Notes: a model not told the origin generated them from the sequence alone. A DNA stretch of 64,000 nt from Vicinamibacteria bacterium (GCA_964291235.2 OZ219815.1:64001-128000), one strand, 5' to 3'; shown: positions 39,355 to 49,478, numbered from the stretch's first letter. Numbers and translations: made by a program.

Positions 39355-41547
39355 ATGTTCCACCGCTGGATTTCCGCCCTGCTGCGGACCCCGGCGTACC
39401 GGATGAGCGGGCTGGCGCCCGCGGCGCTGGCGGCCTGTATCGCCGCCACGACCCCGCATGCCGCCTGGGGGCAGGCCGCAACCGAGCGGGAGAGCGGTTC
39501 CGACGAAGAACAGGCCGACGAAGAGCAGCCCGATAGCGACGAGGCGAAGCCGGAGCTTCCGGTCATCCGGGAGACCGTGGTGGTCACTGCCTCCGGCGCC
39601 GATCATCCGCTGCTGACGGCGCCCGCGGCCATCGCGGTGCGCACCGAGGAGGAGCTGGCTGCGGAGGCCGCCCGCAGCTTCACGGATCTCTTCGAAGGGG
39701 TTCCGGGAATCTCGATCCAGGGAAATGCGCGCCGGATCACCGAAGCTCCCAACATCCGGGGGTTCGCCGACCAGCAGGTGGTCGTCCGCCAGGACGGAGG
39801 AAGACAGAATTTCAACGCCGCGCACGGCGGGCGGTTCTTCACCGACCCGGACCTGCTGCAGCGGGTCGAGGTGCTGCGCGGCGCCAACTCGGCCGTCTTC
39901 GGAAGCGGGGCCCTGGGCGGCGTGGTTTCGCTCACCACCCGGAGCGCCCGGGATCTGCTGGAGACGGGCGAGGAGTTCGGCGGCCGGTACCGGGTCGGCT
40001 ACCAGTCGAACGGAGGGGATCTCACCCAGTCGTTCTCGGGATTCGCCGCGGGGGAGACCTTCGACGCTCTCGTCAATTTCGGGCTCGGGGGAACCCGGGC
40101 TCCGATTCGGGACGGCAACGGCGACGCGATTCCGAACACCGAGGACGAACTGCGGAACGGGCTCGTGAAACTGGGCTGGACGCCCGGCGCCACGACCCGC
40201 TGGGAATTCTCCTGGCAGGGCTTCGACAACCAGGCGGCGGAACCCACGAACGCCAACGATCTCACCGGGACGCTGGTGGACCGGGATACGGGCTTCGAGG
40301 CGCTCCGGGCCAGCTTCCGGACCCGTTCGGAGACCTCCGAGTGGCTCGACCTCTCCGTCCTCGGGTACCGCAACGAGGTGAACGTCGGGGAAGACATGCG
40401 GATCCGGACCCGCCGGGACGACACCGCGTTCGAGACCACCGGTCTCGAGGCCCACAACAGCTCCCGGTTCCGCTGGGGCAACTCGGTGCGCCTCACCCTG
40501 AATCTCGGCGCCGAGACGTATCGGGACCGGCAATCGGGCACTCGGGACGGGGCTCCCCGGCTGCAGTTCCCCGATGCGGAAGCCTCGTATCTCGGCGCCT
40601 TCTTCTACGGTGAAGCCGAGGTCCGCGACCGGCTGCAATTGGCCGTTGGCCTGCGGCGCGATCACTGGCGGATTCGGGCGGACCGCTTCGCCGCCCGCGA
40701 CGAAGGCGATTTCTCGCCGCGCGCCACCGTCGGGTACCGGCTCGGCGACACCGCCTTCGCCTGGGTCGGTGCATCCCGGGGTTTCCGGGTGCCGAGCCTG
40801 ACCGAGCTCTTCGCGGACGGCCTGCACTTCCAGTTCCCGGTGGGCACGGGGATCGACGTCCTCAATCGGTTCCGGCCGAATCCGACGCTGGCCGCGGAAC
40901 GCGGCACTTCCTGGGAGGCCGGATTTCGCGGCGGTCGGGGATCTCTCTCGCTCGAGACCACCTGCTTCGACCAGACGGTGGCCGACTACGTGGACCAGAT
41001 CGTCGTGGTGGCCGATCCGAACCTCGATCTGGAGGTGGATCCGATTACCGGGAGAACGATCATCCGGGGATTCACCTACAACGCGTCGCTCGACGCCCGC
41101 CTCCGCGGCTGCGAGGCGGCCGGGCTGCTCGAACGGCCCCGATTCCGGATGCGGGCGACCGGTTCGGTTCTAGACACCAAGAACGTAGCCACCGGCAACC
41201 CACTGGGGCGGGCGCCGGCCAACGCGCTCTACCTGATGGCGAGCGGCCGCATTCCGAGCCTTGACGTCGAAATCGGCGGCCGGGCGACGCTCACCGGCAG
41301 CCGGACCCGTGGTCTGGCCGCGAGCCGGACTTCGGACCCGGGCGCCGACGCGGAGGCGCCCTCCTACCGGGTGCTCGACCTCTTCTTCCGGTTCACGCCG
41401 GACAGCGGGCCGCTCGCCGGCGTGGACTGGACGCTGGCGCTGAACAACCTGATGGACGAGTACTACGCGATCTTCCCGGCAGTGGTGCCCCAGCCGGGGC
41501 GGAGTCTCCGGGTGTCCGCCGCCTACCGCTTCGGAACCTCGCGGTAG
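39355..41547 (+). CDS. TonB-dependent heme/hemoglobin-type receptor
   Basis: TVVVTA TonB box, plug EVLRGANS, FRVP...H...NPTL (FRAP/NPNL motifs with intervening His). Start uncertain. Confidence 0.85.
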   Translation: MFHRWISALLRTPAYRMSGLAPAALAACIAATTPHAAWGQAATERESGSDEEQADEEQPDSDEAKPELPVIRETVVVTASGADHPLLTAPAAIAVRTEEELAAEAARSFTDLFEGVPGISIQGNARRITEAPNIRGFADQQVVVRQDGGRQNFNAAHGGRFFTDPDLLQRVEVLRGANSAVFGSGALGGVVSLTTRSARDLLETGEEFGGRYRVGYQSNGGDLTQSFSGFAAGETFDALVNFGLGGTRAPIRDGNGDAIPNTEDELRNGLVKLGWTPGATTRWEFSWQGFDNQAAEPTNANDLTGTLVDRDTGFEALRASFRTRSETSEWLDLSVLGYRNEVNVGEDMRIRTRRDDTAFETTGLEAHNSSRFRWGNSVRLTLNLGAETYRDRQSGTRDGAPRLQFPDAEASYLGAFFYGEAEVRDRLQLAVGLRRDHWRIRADRFAARDEGDFSPRATVGYRLGDTAFAWVGASRGFRVPSLTELFADGLHFQFPVGTGIDVLNRFRPNPTLAAERGTSWEAGFRGGRGSLSLETTCFDQTVADYVDQIVVVADPNLDLEVDPITGRTIIRGFTYNASLDARLRGCEAAGLLERPRFRMRATGSVLDTKNVATGNPLGRAPANALYLMASGRIPSLDVEIGGRATLTGSRTRGLAASRTSDPGADAEAPSYRVLDLFFRFTPDSGPLAGVDWTLALNNLMDEYYAIFPAVVPQPGRSLRVSAAYRFGTSR

Positions 41548-41575
41548 GAGCCAGGAACGCCGGCCGGCGCTCCTA
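41546..41575. repeat. Degenerate REP-like palindrome
   Basis: AGGAGC...CGCCGGCCGGCGCTCCTA between convergent stop codons. Confidence 0.6.
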
Positions 41576-42331
41576 CGGCCGGGGGCCTTCCACGGCAAGG
41601 AAGGCGCTTTCCGAGTCGAGCATGCCCTGGTCGGTGAACCAGTCGGTCCAGAAACGCCGTAGCGCGGCCTCGTCCACCAGGCCGTCCCGACTCGGAGGGA
41701 GCTGGAGAACCATCAAGCGCGCGCCCGCGAGACCCCGACTGCTGACCTCCCGATAGAGGGACGTCCCCCGGAAGGCCTCGAAGTCGGGGATTCCCCGATA
41801 GAAGTTGATTCCCGAATTCTGCATGAGATCCGAGACCAGGACGAGATGTGAATCCGACCCCGGGGCGTCCCGAAAACGGCGGGCGGCCGACTGGACCGCC
41901 TGCAGGATGGCGGAGGAGTCGCTGGGACCGGCCCGGGACATCGAGCCCAGGGCGTCGCGGAGCGGCCGCAGGTAGAGCGGGGCCCACTGCGCGGCCCGCT
42001 GGTCGGGGTTGTCGTTCCAGTGGCTCACCTCGCAGGGATGCGGCGGCCGCCGGACGGCCGCCACCTCCCGCACTCCCCCCGGCGCCTCGGAGCGCACCTC
42101 GTAGAGATGGAAGACCGATCCCGCCGGCGCCCCTTCGGCCAGCGGCCGAATCCGGCTCCACATGTCCTCCCGCTGGGGGCGCGAGAGACCGTCGGTGGCG
42201 TCCATCACCACGGCAACGGTCTGCGGCGCCAGGTTCTCCGGCCAACCGGCGCATGGATCGGCTTCCCGGGCGCACCCGGCGAGGGGAAGAACGGAGGCCG
42301 CCAGCAACGCGGCGACCGCGCGCGCCGTCAA
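41573..42331 (-). CDS. Hypothetical lipoprotein with vWA-like motifs
   Basis: TTG start overlapping upstream TGA; LAGC lipobox; VVMDATD, SAILQA, LVSDLMQNS. Confidence 0.75.
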   Translation of the reverse strand: MTARAVAALLAASVLPLAGCAREADPCAGWPENLAPQTVAVVMDATDGLSRPQREDMWSRIRPLAEGAPAGSVFHLYEVRSEAPGGVREVAAVRRPPHPCEVSHWNDNPDQRAAQWAPLYLRPLRDALGSMSRAGPSDSSAILQAVQSAARRFRDAPGSDSHLVLVSDLMQNSGINFYRGIPDFEAFRGTSLYREVSSRGLAGARLMVLQLPPSRDGLVDEAALRRFWTDWFTDQGMLDSESAFLAVEGPRP

Positions 42332-44187
42332 GACGCGATCTCCAGGCGGGCCGCCGGGTCCGATCCGGCGCGGGTCACCAGCCGGACTTCCTGGCTCGCC
42401 GGCTTCCCCCCGGAAGGCGGACCGCCGCCGGGAGACCCGGGCGGGCGCCGGCGGGTTCCCGGAATCCGCGCCGCCTGCGCCAGCCGTTCCCGGGCCTCCG
42501 CGAAAGCCTCGGCGACCGGCGCGGCGTGAGCGGCATTGGCGATCCGGACGCGCTCCGCGGCCTCCATGACTTCGAAGAGGCCCTGCTCGTGATCCCTTTC
42601 CCATGTCGTCCTTTCCCCCTCCTTGCGGTCGGGCAGGGCCGGAAGCCAGGGCGCGCTCCAGCGGGCTGGAGGTGGATCGTGAGAGAGCCGCCGCTGGCGG
42701 TTCGACTCTCGGAAGTCCTCGATGGCGCTTGCCCCGGCCGCCGCCGCGAGCCGGAGGAGTTCCGCCTCCCGGGCCAGCAACCGGCGTCTCGCCGCATCGA
42801 GACCGGTCAACCGGCCCCCGAGAGCCAGCAGTTCCGCTTCCGCGTCGCCGAGCCGCTGCCGGTGATCGCGCTCCTCGTCCTCCAGCTTCCGCAGGGAATC
42901 CGCGTACTCCGCCTGGAGCGCCCGCGCCGTTTCCTCCCGCGCGGCGTGCAGGCGGGCGAAATGGGGGATCGGCTCCCGGCCGCCAAACCATTTCCAGGCG
43001 GCCAGCAGCAGGGCGGTGAACCCGATGCCGAGCAGCAGCAGGGAACGCCACCCCTCGAATCTGCCGGCGAGCGGATCCTCGACCAGCACCAGACCGCCCC
43101 CTTCCGCCCGGTAGCCGACGCTGCCGGCGGCAAGCTGCCGCACCGAGTCCAGCGAATGGTCGTCCGGCGGCGCCTCGGCCGGATGGTCCACGAGGCTCGC
43201 GCCGGGACGCCACCAAAGGAACTGGGCCCGCAGTTCGCCGATCACCGCCTCCTCGACGCTCAGGGGCCGCGGCGGGTGGGGATCGGCGCCGAGCGCCGCC
43301 TGCCCCGCGCCGGCGTCGATGTCGTCGAGATCGAGGACGGCGGCGGCGCGTGACGCGTCGAGCGCCTGGACTGCGTCCCGGTAGTGGGCGAAACCGAAAT
43401 GGAGCAACCCCGCGAGGAAGAGGCAGGGCAAGAGGGCTCCGGCCAGAAGCAGCCGCCGGCCGGTTCCCGCTCCGAGCATCCGGCGGAAGATCAGATCGCC
43501 GATCACCCAGCCCAGCAGGCCGACGTTCATCCCGGTCACCAGGGCGGCGAACAACCAGTTCGAAACCACCCCCTCGGTGGACGCGGCGTGCAGGAGGAGC
43601 CCGTTCGCGGTGGTCTCGGCCACGGCGACGGCGAGCAGCAGCCATATCCAGCCACGGGAGGGCGGCTGGGGGGTGGCGTAGTCGGGAAGCTGGCGCGCCC
43701 GCCGGAAGCCGGCGAGCTCCTTCGCGGCGGTCTGCGACCGCAGGTAGCGGGCGTCGAGCCGCTGGCAGGCGGCCTGAACGTCGGAAAGCGCCAGCCGGCG
43801 CTCTCTTTCCCGGACGGTTCCGGCGTCGATCCGGACGGCCCGGGTCCGCGCCTCGTGCTGCGCTGTCTGCAGCCGACCGAGCGCCCCGTCGGCGAGGCCG
43901 CGAATCCTGGCGATGGCGTCCTGGAAGCGGCCCTCAACCCGGCGTTCCCCGGGAGAGGGAGCCGTCGCCGCCGACGTGGGAATGCCCTGACGGGCTTCCT
44001 CCCCGGCGTCCGCCCGTTCGCCGGCGGTGAGGACGGGATCGGGGACAACCCCGGAGCCTTCCCGGAACGGATCGAACGCATCGAGTCCGCCGTCGGCATC
44101 GGCCTCCGGCGCGCCGGCGGAATCCGCCGTGTCGCCGCGGCCGCCCTCGCGGCGGGATCTCCTCGAAAAACGGACTCGGATGCTCAT
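42328..44187 (-). CDS. Hypothetical membrane protein (coiled coil, 4 TM, coiled coil)
   Basis: Helical N-region, TM block with ETTANG, GMNV and HFGFAHYRD, fourth TM, coiled-coil C-terminus. Confidence 0.75.
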   Translation of the reverse strand: MSIRVRFSRRSRREGGRGDTADSAGAPEADADGGLDAFDPFREGSGVVPDPVLTAGERADAGEEARQGIPTSAATAPSPGERRVEGRFQDAIARIRGLADGALGRLQTAQHEARTRAVRIDAGTVRERERRLALSDVQAACQRLDARYLRSQTAAKELAGFRRARQLPDYATPQPPSRGWIWLLLAVAVAETTANGLLLHAASTEGVVSNWLFAALVTGMNVGLLGWVIGDLIFRRMLGAGTGRRLLLAGALLPCLFLAGLLHFGFAHYRDAVQALDASRAAAVLDLDDIDAGAGQAALGADPHPPRPLSVEEAVIGELRAQFLWWRPGASLVDHPAEAPPDDHSLDSVRQLAAGSVGYRAEGGGLVLVEDPLAGRFEGWRSLLLLGIGFTALLLAAWKWFGGREPIPHFARLHAAREETARALQAEYADSLRKLEDEERDHRQRLGDAEAELLALGGRLTGLDAARRRLLAREAELLRLAAAAGASAIEDFRESNRQRRLSHDPPPARWSAPWLPALPDRKEGERTTWERDHEQGLFEVMEAAERVRIANAAHAAPVAEAFAEARERLAQAARIPGTRRRPPGSPGGGPPSGGKPASQEVRLVTRAGSDPAARLEIAS

Positions 44188-44367
44188 GGATAACCGCCTT
44201 CCCCCGGAGGCGGGCACACCGAACCCCGGGTTTCCCTCCCCTTACGAAGGCGGAGCCGCTCTGGTTCGCAGAACGTGGCGGGTCACCCTCCGCCACGCGT
44301 AAGAAAGGCACGGGAGCACTACGCCGTCCCCGTTTGGGTGGGTGCCGTGCGGCGAGCTGCAATACGT

Positions 44368-44416
44368 GAGTTTCGCGGCCTTCGGCCGCGATGCCGGCCG
44401 GAGGCCGGCGCTCCTA
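44368..44416. repeat. REP-like double-hairpin repeat
   Basis: Near-identical to 8982-9030 (loop TTC versus TGC). Confidence 0.9.
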
Positions 44417-44436
44417 CTGCGACATGTTCCCGCGAG

Positions 44437-44907
44437 CTAGTCCCTACGTTCCCAGTTCCCGACGATCCTGGTTCCTTCGCCGCCCGGCGCCCAGATGACG
44501 AGGGCCCGGACCTGCCCCCCGTCCGGCGAGGTGATGTGGTTCACCTCGGACGGCGGACGGACGAAACCGAGGTCCCCGGGGCCCAGGATCTGGGAGACCC
44601 CGTCCACCACGTGCTCGAGTTCGCCCTCCAGCACGTAGAAGATCTCGGTGGCCCCGTGCGGGTGGCTCCCGGAGTTGGCCCCCGGTGGCCAGGTGATCTC
44701 CCCGATCTGGATCTCGCTTCCACCCAGGTTGGACTCCGAGAGCAGGAGTTCGATCTCGGTGCCGCCGGTGCTGACCCACGTTCCGAGATCCGCGTTCTGG
44801 ACGGCCACGGACGATCGTCCCATGGCGAAGCCGGCGGCGAGAGCGAGTCCCGCGGCGAGGAAGACCGCGAGCGCGGCGCGGCTTTTGCCAGCGGCTGTCA
44901 AGTTCAT
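44437..44907 (-). CDS. Exported cupin-domain protein
   Basis: HPHGATEIFYVLEGE and downstream His; signal peptide; ATGA overlap with the peptidase gene. Confidence 0.88.
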   Translation of the reverse strand: MNLTAAGKSRAALAVFLAAGLALAAGFAMGRSSVAVQNADLGTWVSTGGTEIELLLSESNLGGSEIQIGEITWPPGANSGSHPHGATEIFYVLEGELEHVVDGVSQILGPGDLGFVRPPSEVNHITSPDGGQVRALVIWAPGGEGTRIVGNWERRD

Positions 44908-46976
44908 GGATCGGTCTCCCGGGCCGGCTCGCGTGTGTAGCGCGAGAACCAGTCCAGCATGTAGAGCTGGGTGCGGATGAAGTTGGAGGGCTGGGAACTC
45001 GTCCCGTGGTACTCGTCGTAAAAGCGCACCATCTCGGTCGGCACCCCCACCGCCTTGAGCGCCTGGTAGTACTCCTCGGTCTGGCTCATCGGCGTCCGCA
45101 GGTCGAGTTCGCCGGTCATCAGCAGCGTGGGGGTGGTGACCCGGTCCACGTACATGAGCGGCGAGTGCTCGAGGTACTTCTCGGCGTTGTCCCACGGGAA
45201 GCCGTGGTAGCGGTTGTAGCCCCAGCGCACGATGTCGGCGGTCCCGGCGAAGCTCATCCAGTTGACCACCGGACAGCGCACCGAGGCGGCGGCGAAGCGG
45301 TTCGTCTGGCCAATCACCCACGAAGAGAGCACGCCTCCCCCGCTACACCCGGTCACGTACATCCGGCTCTCGTCCACGGAGCCACGCTCGATGGTGGCGT
45401 CCACCCCGGCCATCAGATCGTCGTAATCCACGCTCGGGTAGCCGTTGTCGATGGCGTTCCCGAAATCGGTGCCGTAGCCGGTGCTGCCCCGGGGGTTCGT
45501 GTAGAGCAGGAGGTAGTCGTTGGCGGCGAAGTTCTGGAAGGAGCTGTTGAAGCCCACGTTGTACATGCCGTGGGGACCGCCGTGGATGTAGAGAACCATC
45601 GGATACTGCCGCGCGGGATCGAAGCCGGGGGGCTTGATGACCCAGCCCTGCACCCGCGCCCCGCCCGTCGAGTCGTACCAGATCTCCTCCACGTCACCCA
45701 GCTCGATCCCGGTGAGCACGTCGTCATTCACGGCGGTGATCCGGGTGGTTTGGGACGGATCGGAAACCGGGAAGACGACCACGTCCGCGGGCTCGTGGAA
45801 GGAGGTCTTCACCGCCGCCGCGACCCCGGTCTCGGAGATGGTGTTGACGGTGAGCATGTGGGTGCCCTCGGTGACCGGGCTGGTGCCGCCGTCGAGCGAC
45901 GCCACGTGGAGGTTCCGGGAGCCCCGATCGTCAGCGGTGAAGTAGATCCGGTCGCTCTCCGAGCCCCAGATGGGATTCGTGGCGTCCCGGTCGAGGCTTG
46001 CCGAGAGGGAACGCATTCCCGAGCCGTCGAAACCGATGACCTGGAGGTCGCTCACCTTGTAGGTCTGCTCCGTCCAGTCGAACCCGCCGAAGGCGATGTG
46101 CTCGCCGTCGGGCGACACCACCGGACCGGCCCACGGGCCGCGCTTTTCCGTGATCTGCCGGATGGCGCCGGTGGCGAGGTCCACGAAGTGGATGTGCGAC
46201 TCGCGGTAGCGGAGGTCGGCGTCGTCCACCCGGGAAGCGTCAAAGACCAGTCCCTTGCCGTCGGGCGTCCAGTCGAGGCCGGCGCCGTAGTCGAGCCCCA
46301 CGGCGCCACGGGAACCCACGTGCCAGGAACCCTCGGTCAACTGGCGCGCCGCACCGCCGTCAGCGGGGACGACGAAGAGGTGCCGATACCCCTCCTCGAG
46401 AAAACCCACCCGGTCCTGCCGGAAGTGCATCTTGCGGACGATCCGCGGGGTCTTTGTCCACCGGGCGCCCTCCGGCGAGCGCGGCATCGAGGGAAGGTCC
46501 CACGTTTCCGGAGCGGCGACCATCCGGGTGAAGGCGATGAGCCCCGAGTCCGGCGACCAATGGATGTCGCGCGGCGTCGGACCGTCGCGGGTGACCTGCG
46601 ACGTTGCGCCCTCGGCGTCCATCCAACGGACGAAGATCTGGTTGCCCCCGCCGGACTCCCCGTCCCCGGTGCTCGCCAGATACGCGATCCGGGTTCCGTC
46701 CGGCGACCACACCGGGCCCGACCCCTTGGTCAGGAAGCGGTTCCGGCTGCCGTCGGCGCCGACGATCCAGAGTTCGGAGGCCCAGCGGTCCTTCGTCTGG
46801 TCCACGTGACTCCGGGTGTAGATGACGACCGAGCCGTCCGGAGAGATCGCCGGGCCGCTCACCCGTTCCCAGTCCAGGATGTGCGACGCGGCCAGCCGAC
46901 CCTCGCCCGCGATCTCCTGGGCGCCGGCGCCCCCGGCGATCAACAACGCGGCAAGCGCGATCAAGACGTTTCTCAT
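44904..46976 (-). CDS. S9 family peptidase (acylaminoacyl/dipeptidyl peptidase)
   Basis: Beta-propeller WSPDG repeats; IHGGPH, GCSGGG nucleophile, DLRT Asp, YHG His. Confidence 0.94.
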   Translation of the reverse strand: MRNVLIALAALLIAGGAGAQEIAGEGRLAASHILDWERVSGPAISPDGSVVIYTRSHVDQTKDRWASELWIVGADGSRNRFLTKGSGPVWSPDGTRIAYLASTGDGESGGGNQIFVRWMDAEGATSQVTRDGPTPRDIHWSPDSGLIAFTRMVAAPETWDLPSMPRSPEGARWTKTPRIVRKMHFRQDRVGFLEEGYRHLFVVPADGGAARQLTEGSWHVGSRGAVGLDYGAGLDWTPDGKGLVFDASRVDDADLRYRESHIHFVDLATGAIRQITEKRGPWAGPVVSPDGEHIAFGGFDWTEQTYKVSDLQVIGFDGSGMRSLSASLDRDATNPIWGSESDRIYFTADDRGSRNLHVASLDGGTSPVTEGTHMLTVNTISETGVAAAVKTSFHEPADVVVFPVSDPSQTTRITAVNDDVLTGIELGDVEEIWYDSTGGARVQGWVIKPPGFDPARQYPMVLYIHGGPHGMYNVGFNSSFQNFAANDYLLLYTNPRGSTGYGTDFGNAIDNGYPSVDYDDLMAGVDATIERGSVDESRMYVTGCSGGGVLSSWVIGQTNRFAAASVRCPVVNWMSFAGTADIVRWGYNRYHGFPWDNAEKYLEHSPLMYVDRVTTPTLLMTGELDLRTPMSQTEEYYQALKAVGVPTEMVRFYDEYHGTSSQPSNFIRTQLYMLDWFSRYTREPARETDP

Positions 46977-47074
46977 GGGACTGCCTCCCTTTCGGGTCAG
47001 AGAGTGTGGGGGCTCGGTCGCTCGTTCACAACCCCGGACGCGGAGGAGTCCGGCTGCCTGGCGGCCTCCGCAAC

Positions 47075-47482
47075 TCAGCCGCTCGGGTACGGGGGTGGCG
47101 GCGGAGACCCAATCTGGCCGGGGACCGCGGCCACGACGGGACTGGGGCCGTATTGGTTGTGTCCGCTATCGCCCTTCTGCACCATGAACCACAACATGGC
47201 CAGGGCGGCGACCCACCCGATGAAGGGAATCCAGCTTGCGGCGTTGAGCAGAACCCACCAACCGGTCCGGTTCGTGTCGTGAAGCCGACGGATCGTCACC
47301 GCGAGACCGGGTACGAAGAGGACCGTCCCCAGTACGAACAAGAGCGGCCCGAACCACGCTGCCACCATCGCGACCAGGAGCGTGAAGACGAAGAACCACC
47401 AGTACTCCGCCCGCGAGGCCCGTCCTTCGAAGGACGCAAACTTCCGGAACAGACAGGTCTTGACCGCTTCCGGGAATCCCAC
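47075..47482 (-). CDS. DUF805 membrane protein
   Basis: FEGRASRAEYWWF, RRLHDTNRTGW, NQYGP. Confidence 0.9.
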   Translation of the reverse strand: MGFPEAVKTCLFRKFASFEGRASRAEYWWFFVFTLLVAMVAAWFGPLLFVLGTVLFVPGLAVTIRRLHDTNRTGWWVLLNAASWIPFIGWVAALAMLWFMVQKGDSGHNQYGPSPVVAAVPGQIGSPPPPPYPSG

Positions 47483-47655
47483 AACGGAAGCAGTACAACA
47501 CACTTGGGCGAATCGAAAAGCGGCCTCGCCGCCTCGCCTCGGGCATAAGCCGACCCTGGCAACTCCCCGCGGGAGTCCACCTGCCGCGGAACAATGGCGG
47601 GGGCCGGTTCGTTTGCCTGATCCAATCCACTCCACACTCCCGAGGAGGAGCCTTC

Positions 47656-48042
47656 ATGGACCGCGTTTGCCACTTCGAGATCCCCTTCGCCGACAAACCG
47701 CGCGCCACCGCCTTCTACGAGAAGGTGTTCGGTTGGCAGTTCATCGACGTGCCCGGCGAAGCGCCCTACACCTTCGCGATCACGACCCCGGCGGACGAAC
47801 AGGGGAATCCAGAGACGCCCGGCGGGATCAACGGGGGGATGTTTCCCCGCGAGGACGGAGGAGGCGCCCAGTCTCCGGTCCTGATAATCGAGGTTGCCTC
47901 GTGCGAGCAACGCGTGCGCGAGGTCGAGGTCGCCGGCGGCGAAATCCTGGTCAGGCCCACCCAGATCCCGAACATGGGGATCTACGCCCAGTTCAAGGAT
48001 CCGGAGGGCAGCGTCCTCGGTCTCTGGCAGCCGCTCGCCTGA
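47656..48042 (+). CDS. VOC/glyoxalase family protein
   Basis: HFEIP, FYEKVFGW, GINGG, FKDPEG; GAGGAG RBS. Confidence 0.92.
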   Translation: MDRVCHFEIPFADKPRATAFYEKVFGWQFIDVPGEAPYTFAITTPADEQGNPETPGGINGGMFPREDGGGAQSPVLIIEVASCEQRVREVEVAGGEILVRPTQIPNMGIYAQFKDPEGSVLGLWQPLA

Positions 48043-48072
48043 TCCGAGGCGGCGCACGCCGCGCCCGCGGTT

Positions 48073-48498
48073 TCAGCGCTCGTCGGGCGGGGGCGGAGCG
48101 CCAGGCCGGGAAAGGCCGAGCGAGCTGTCCGGCACCGGATCGGGTCCGTACCGGTTCTCGCCGACACTGCCCTTTTGCAGCGTGAACCACAGCATGACCA
48201 GGGTCGGGATTACCACGGCCCACCAGCGGGCGCCCGGAATCCAACCAACGAGGGAGAGAAGGGCCCACCAACCGGACCGGTCCGTGTCGTGAAGCCTCCG
48301 GACCGTCACGGCCAGTCGAGGCAAGAAGATGATTCCGGTCAGCAGGTATTCAATGGGATCGCTGCGGCTCAGGTCCGCCGCGCCCACTACCGAGGCGCCG
48401 AAGAGAAAGAACCACCAGTACTCGGCCCGGGACGCGCGCCCCCGGAACTCGAAGTACTTCTGGAACAGGCAGATGCGGACCGCTTCGGCGAAGCTCAT
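48073..48498 (-). CDS. DUF805 membrane protein (paralog)
   Basis: FRGRASRAEYWWF, RRLHDTDRSGW, NRYGP. Confidence 0.9.
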   Translation of the reverse strand: MSFAEAVRICLFQKYFEFRGRASRAEYWWFFLFGASVVGAADLSRSDPIEYLLTGIIFLPRLAVTVRRLHDTDRSGWWALLSLVGWIPGARWWAVVIPTLVMLWFTLQKGSVGENRYGPDPVPDSSLGLSRPGAPPPPDER

Positions 48499-48542
48499 CT
48501 GCGGGCAGCGGGATGGAGACGGACGCCGGGCGCCCGGCCCGG

Positions 48543-48929
48543 TTACCCGAAGACCTGCTCCAGCAGTCCCTGGTTGTAGCCGACCACCAGCCGGTCGCCG
48601 ACCCGCATGGTGGGCGCCCGGAGCTTCCCGGAACGACCGAGCAGCAGGTCCGTGAGACTCGCGTAACTGCCGACCAGCGCCCCGGTCAGCGCCGCATCAT
48701 CCGGACGTCCGGCGCCAAGGTCGATGCGCTCGACCTTCCGGCCCTTGGCCACCAGGAGTTCGCGTACGCCCTCCAGCAGGGTGAGGGCCTCATCGCCCCG
48801 GATCGGGGCTTTGTTGGCGTTTTGGATCTCCCCGTCGGGGATGTTGTGGACCGCAAGAAACTCCTCGGTGCGCTTGCAGCTCGTTCACCCGGGGCGGTGA
48901 TACCGCCAGCTCAGGTTCGTGCCGGCCAC
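48543..48929 (-). CDS. ArsC-like thioredoxin-fold selenoprotein (UxxC)
   Basis: GAGGAG RBS and GTG start; YHRPG-TGA-TSC in frame with the downstream GKLRAPTMRVGDRLVVGYN; stem GCTGCAAG/CTTGCGGT immediately 3' of TGA (48885-48887). Confidence 0.85.
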
Positions 48930-48931
48930 GG

Positions 48932-49417
48932 TTACTCCTCCTGGACGCGGTCGTAGATGGCGTGCGTCACCCGGGTGATCTTGCCGTCGGCGTCGAGCCG
49001 GACGTATTCGTTGTCGATCCGGTTGCCGTCTTCGGAGAGCGTGTTGATGATCACCTGGTACACGGCGCCGTTTCGCATGTTGGAGATACGGGTGCTGCGC
49101 TCGTCCACGACCTCGACTGCCGTCTCGGAGTTCTCGATCCCCTCGACCGGGCGAAAGACGCCATCGAACATCGTCACGTAGCTCCACACCGATGCGTTGC
49201 CCTCGGCGTTCGTGGTGGCTACCTCGATGCTCATGCCCCCGTCGCCATGGGCCGCGTAGGTCATGACGTTCTTGTAGGGCGGCGGGTTGTCGGAGCGCAA
49301 CCTCCAGACCCCGAAGCGCGGGTTGGAATCAGTGCCGTCCTGGGCGGCGGCGCAGGCCGCGAGGCCCAAACCCAGGGAGAGCATGGCGAGAACCGCCGGG
49401 AACCGCGTAAGACGCAT
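48932..49417 (-). CDS. Hypothetical exported beta-barrel (lipocalin-like) protein
   Basis: Signal/lipobox LAAC, FGVWRL, LSEDG; AGGAGG RBS. Confidence 0.75.
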   Translation of the reverse strand: MRLTRFPAVLAMLSLGLGLAACAAAQDGTDSNPRFGVWRLRSDNPPPYKNVMTYAAHGDGGMSIEVATTNAEGNASVWSYVTMFDGVFRPVEGIENSETAVEVVDERSTRISNMRNGAVYQVIINTLSEDGNRIDNEYVRLDADGKITRVTHAIYDRVQEE

Positions 49418-49478
49418 GGATGGATCCTCCTGATGGGAGGCGGGATTCTGTCAGACGCGCGCGGCGGACCGCGCCAGG

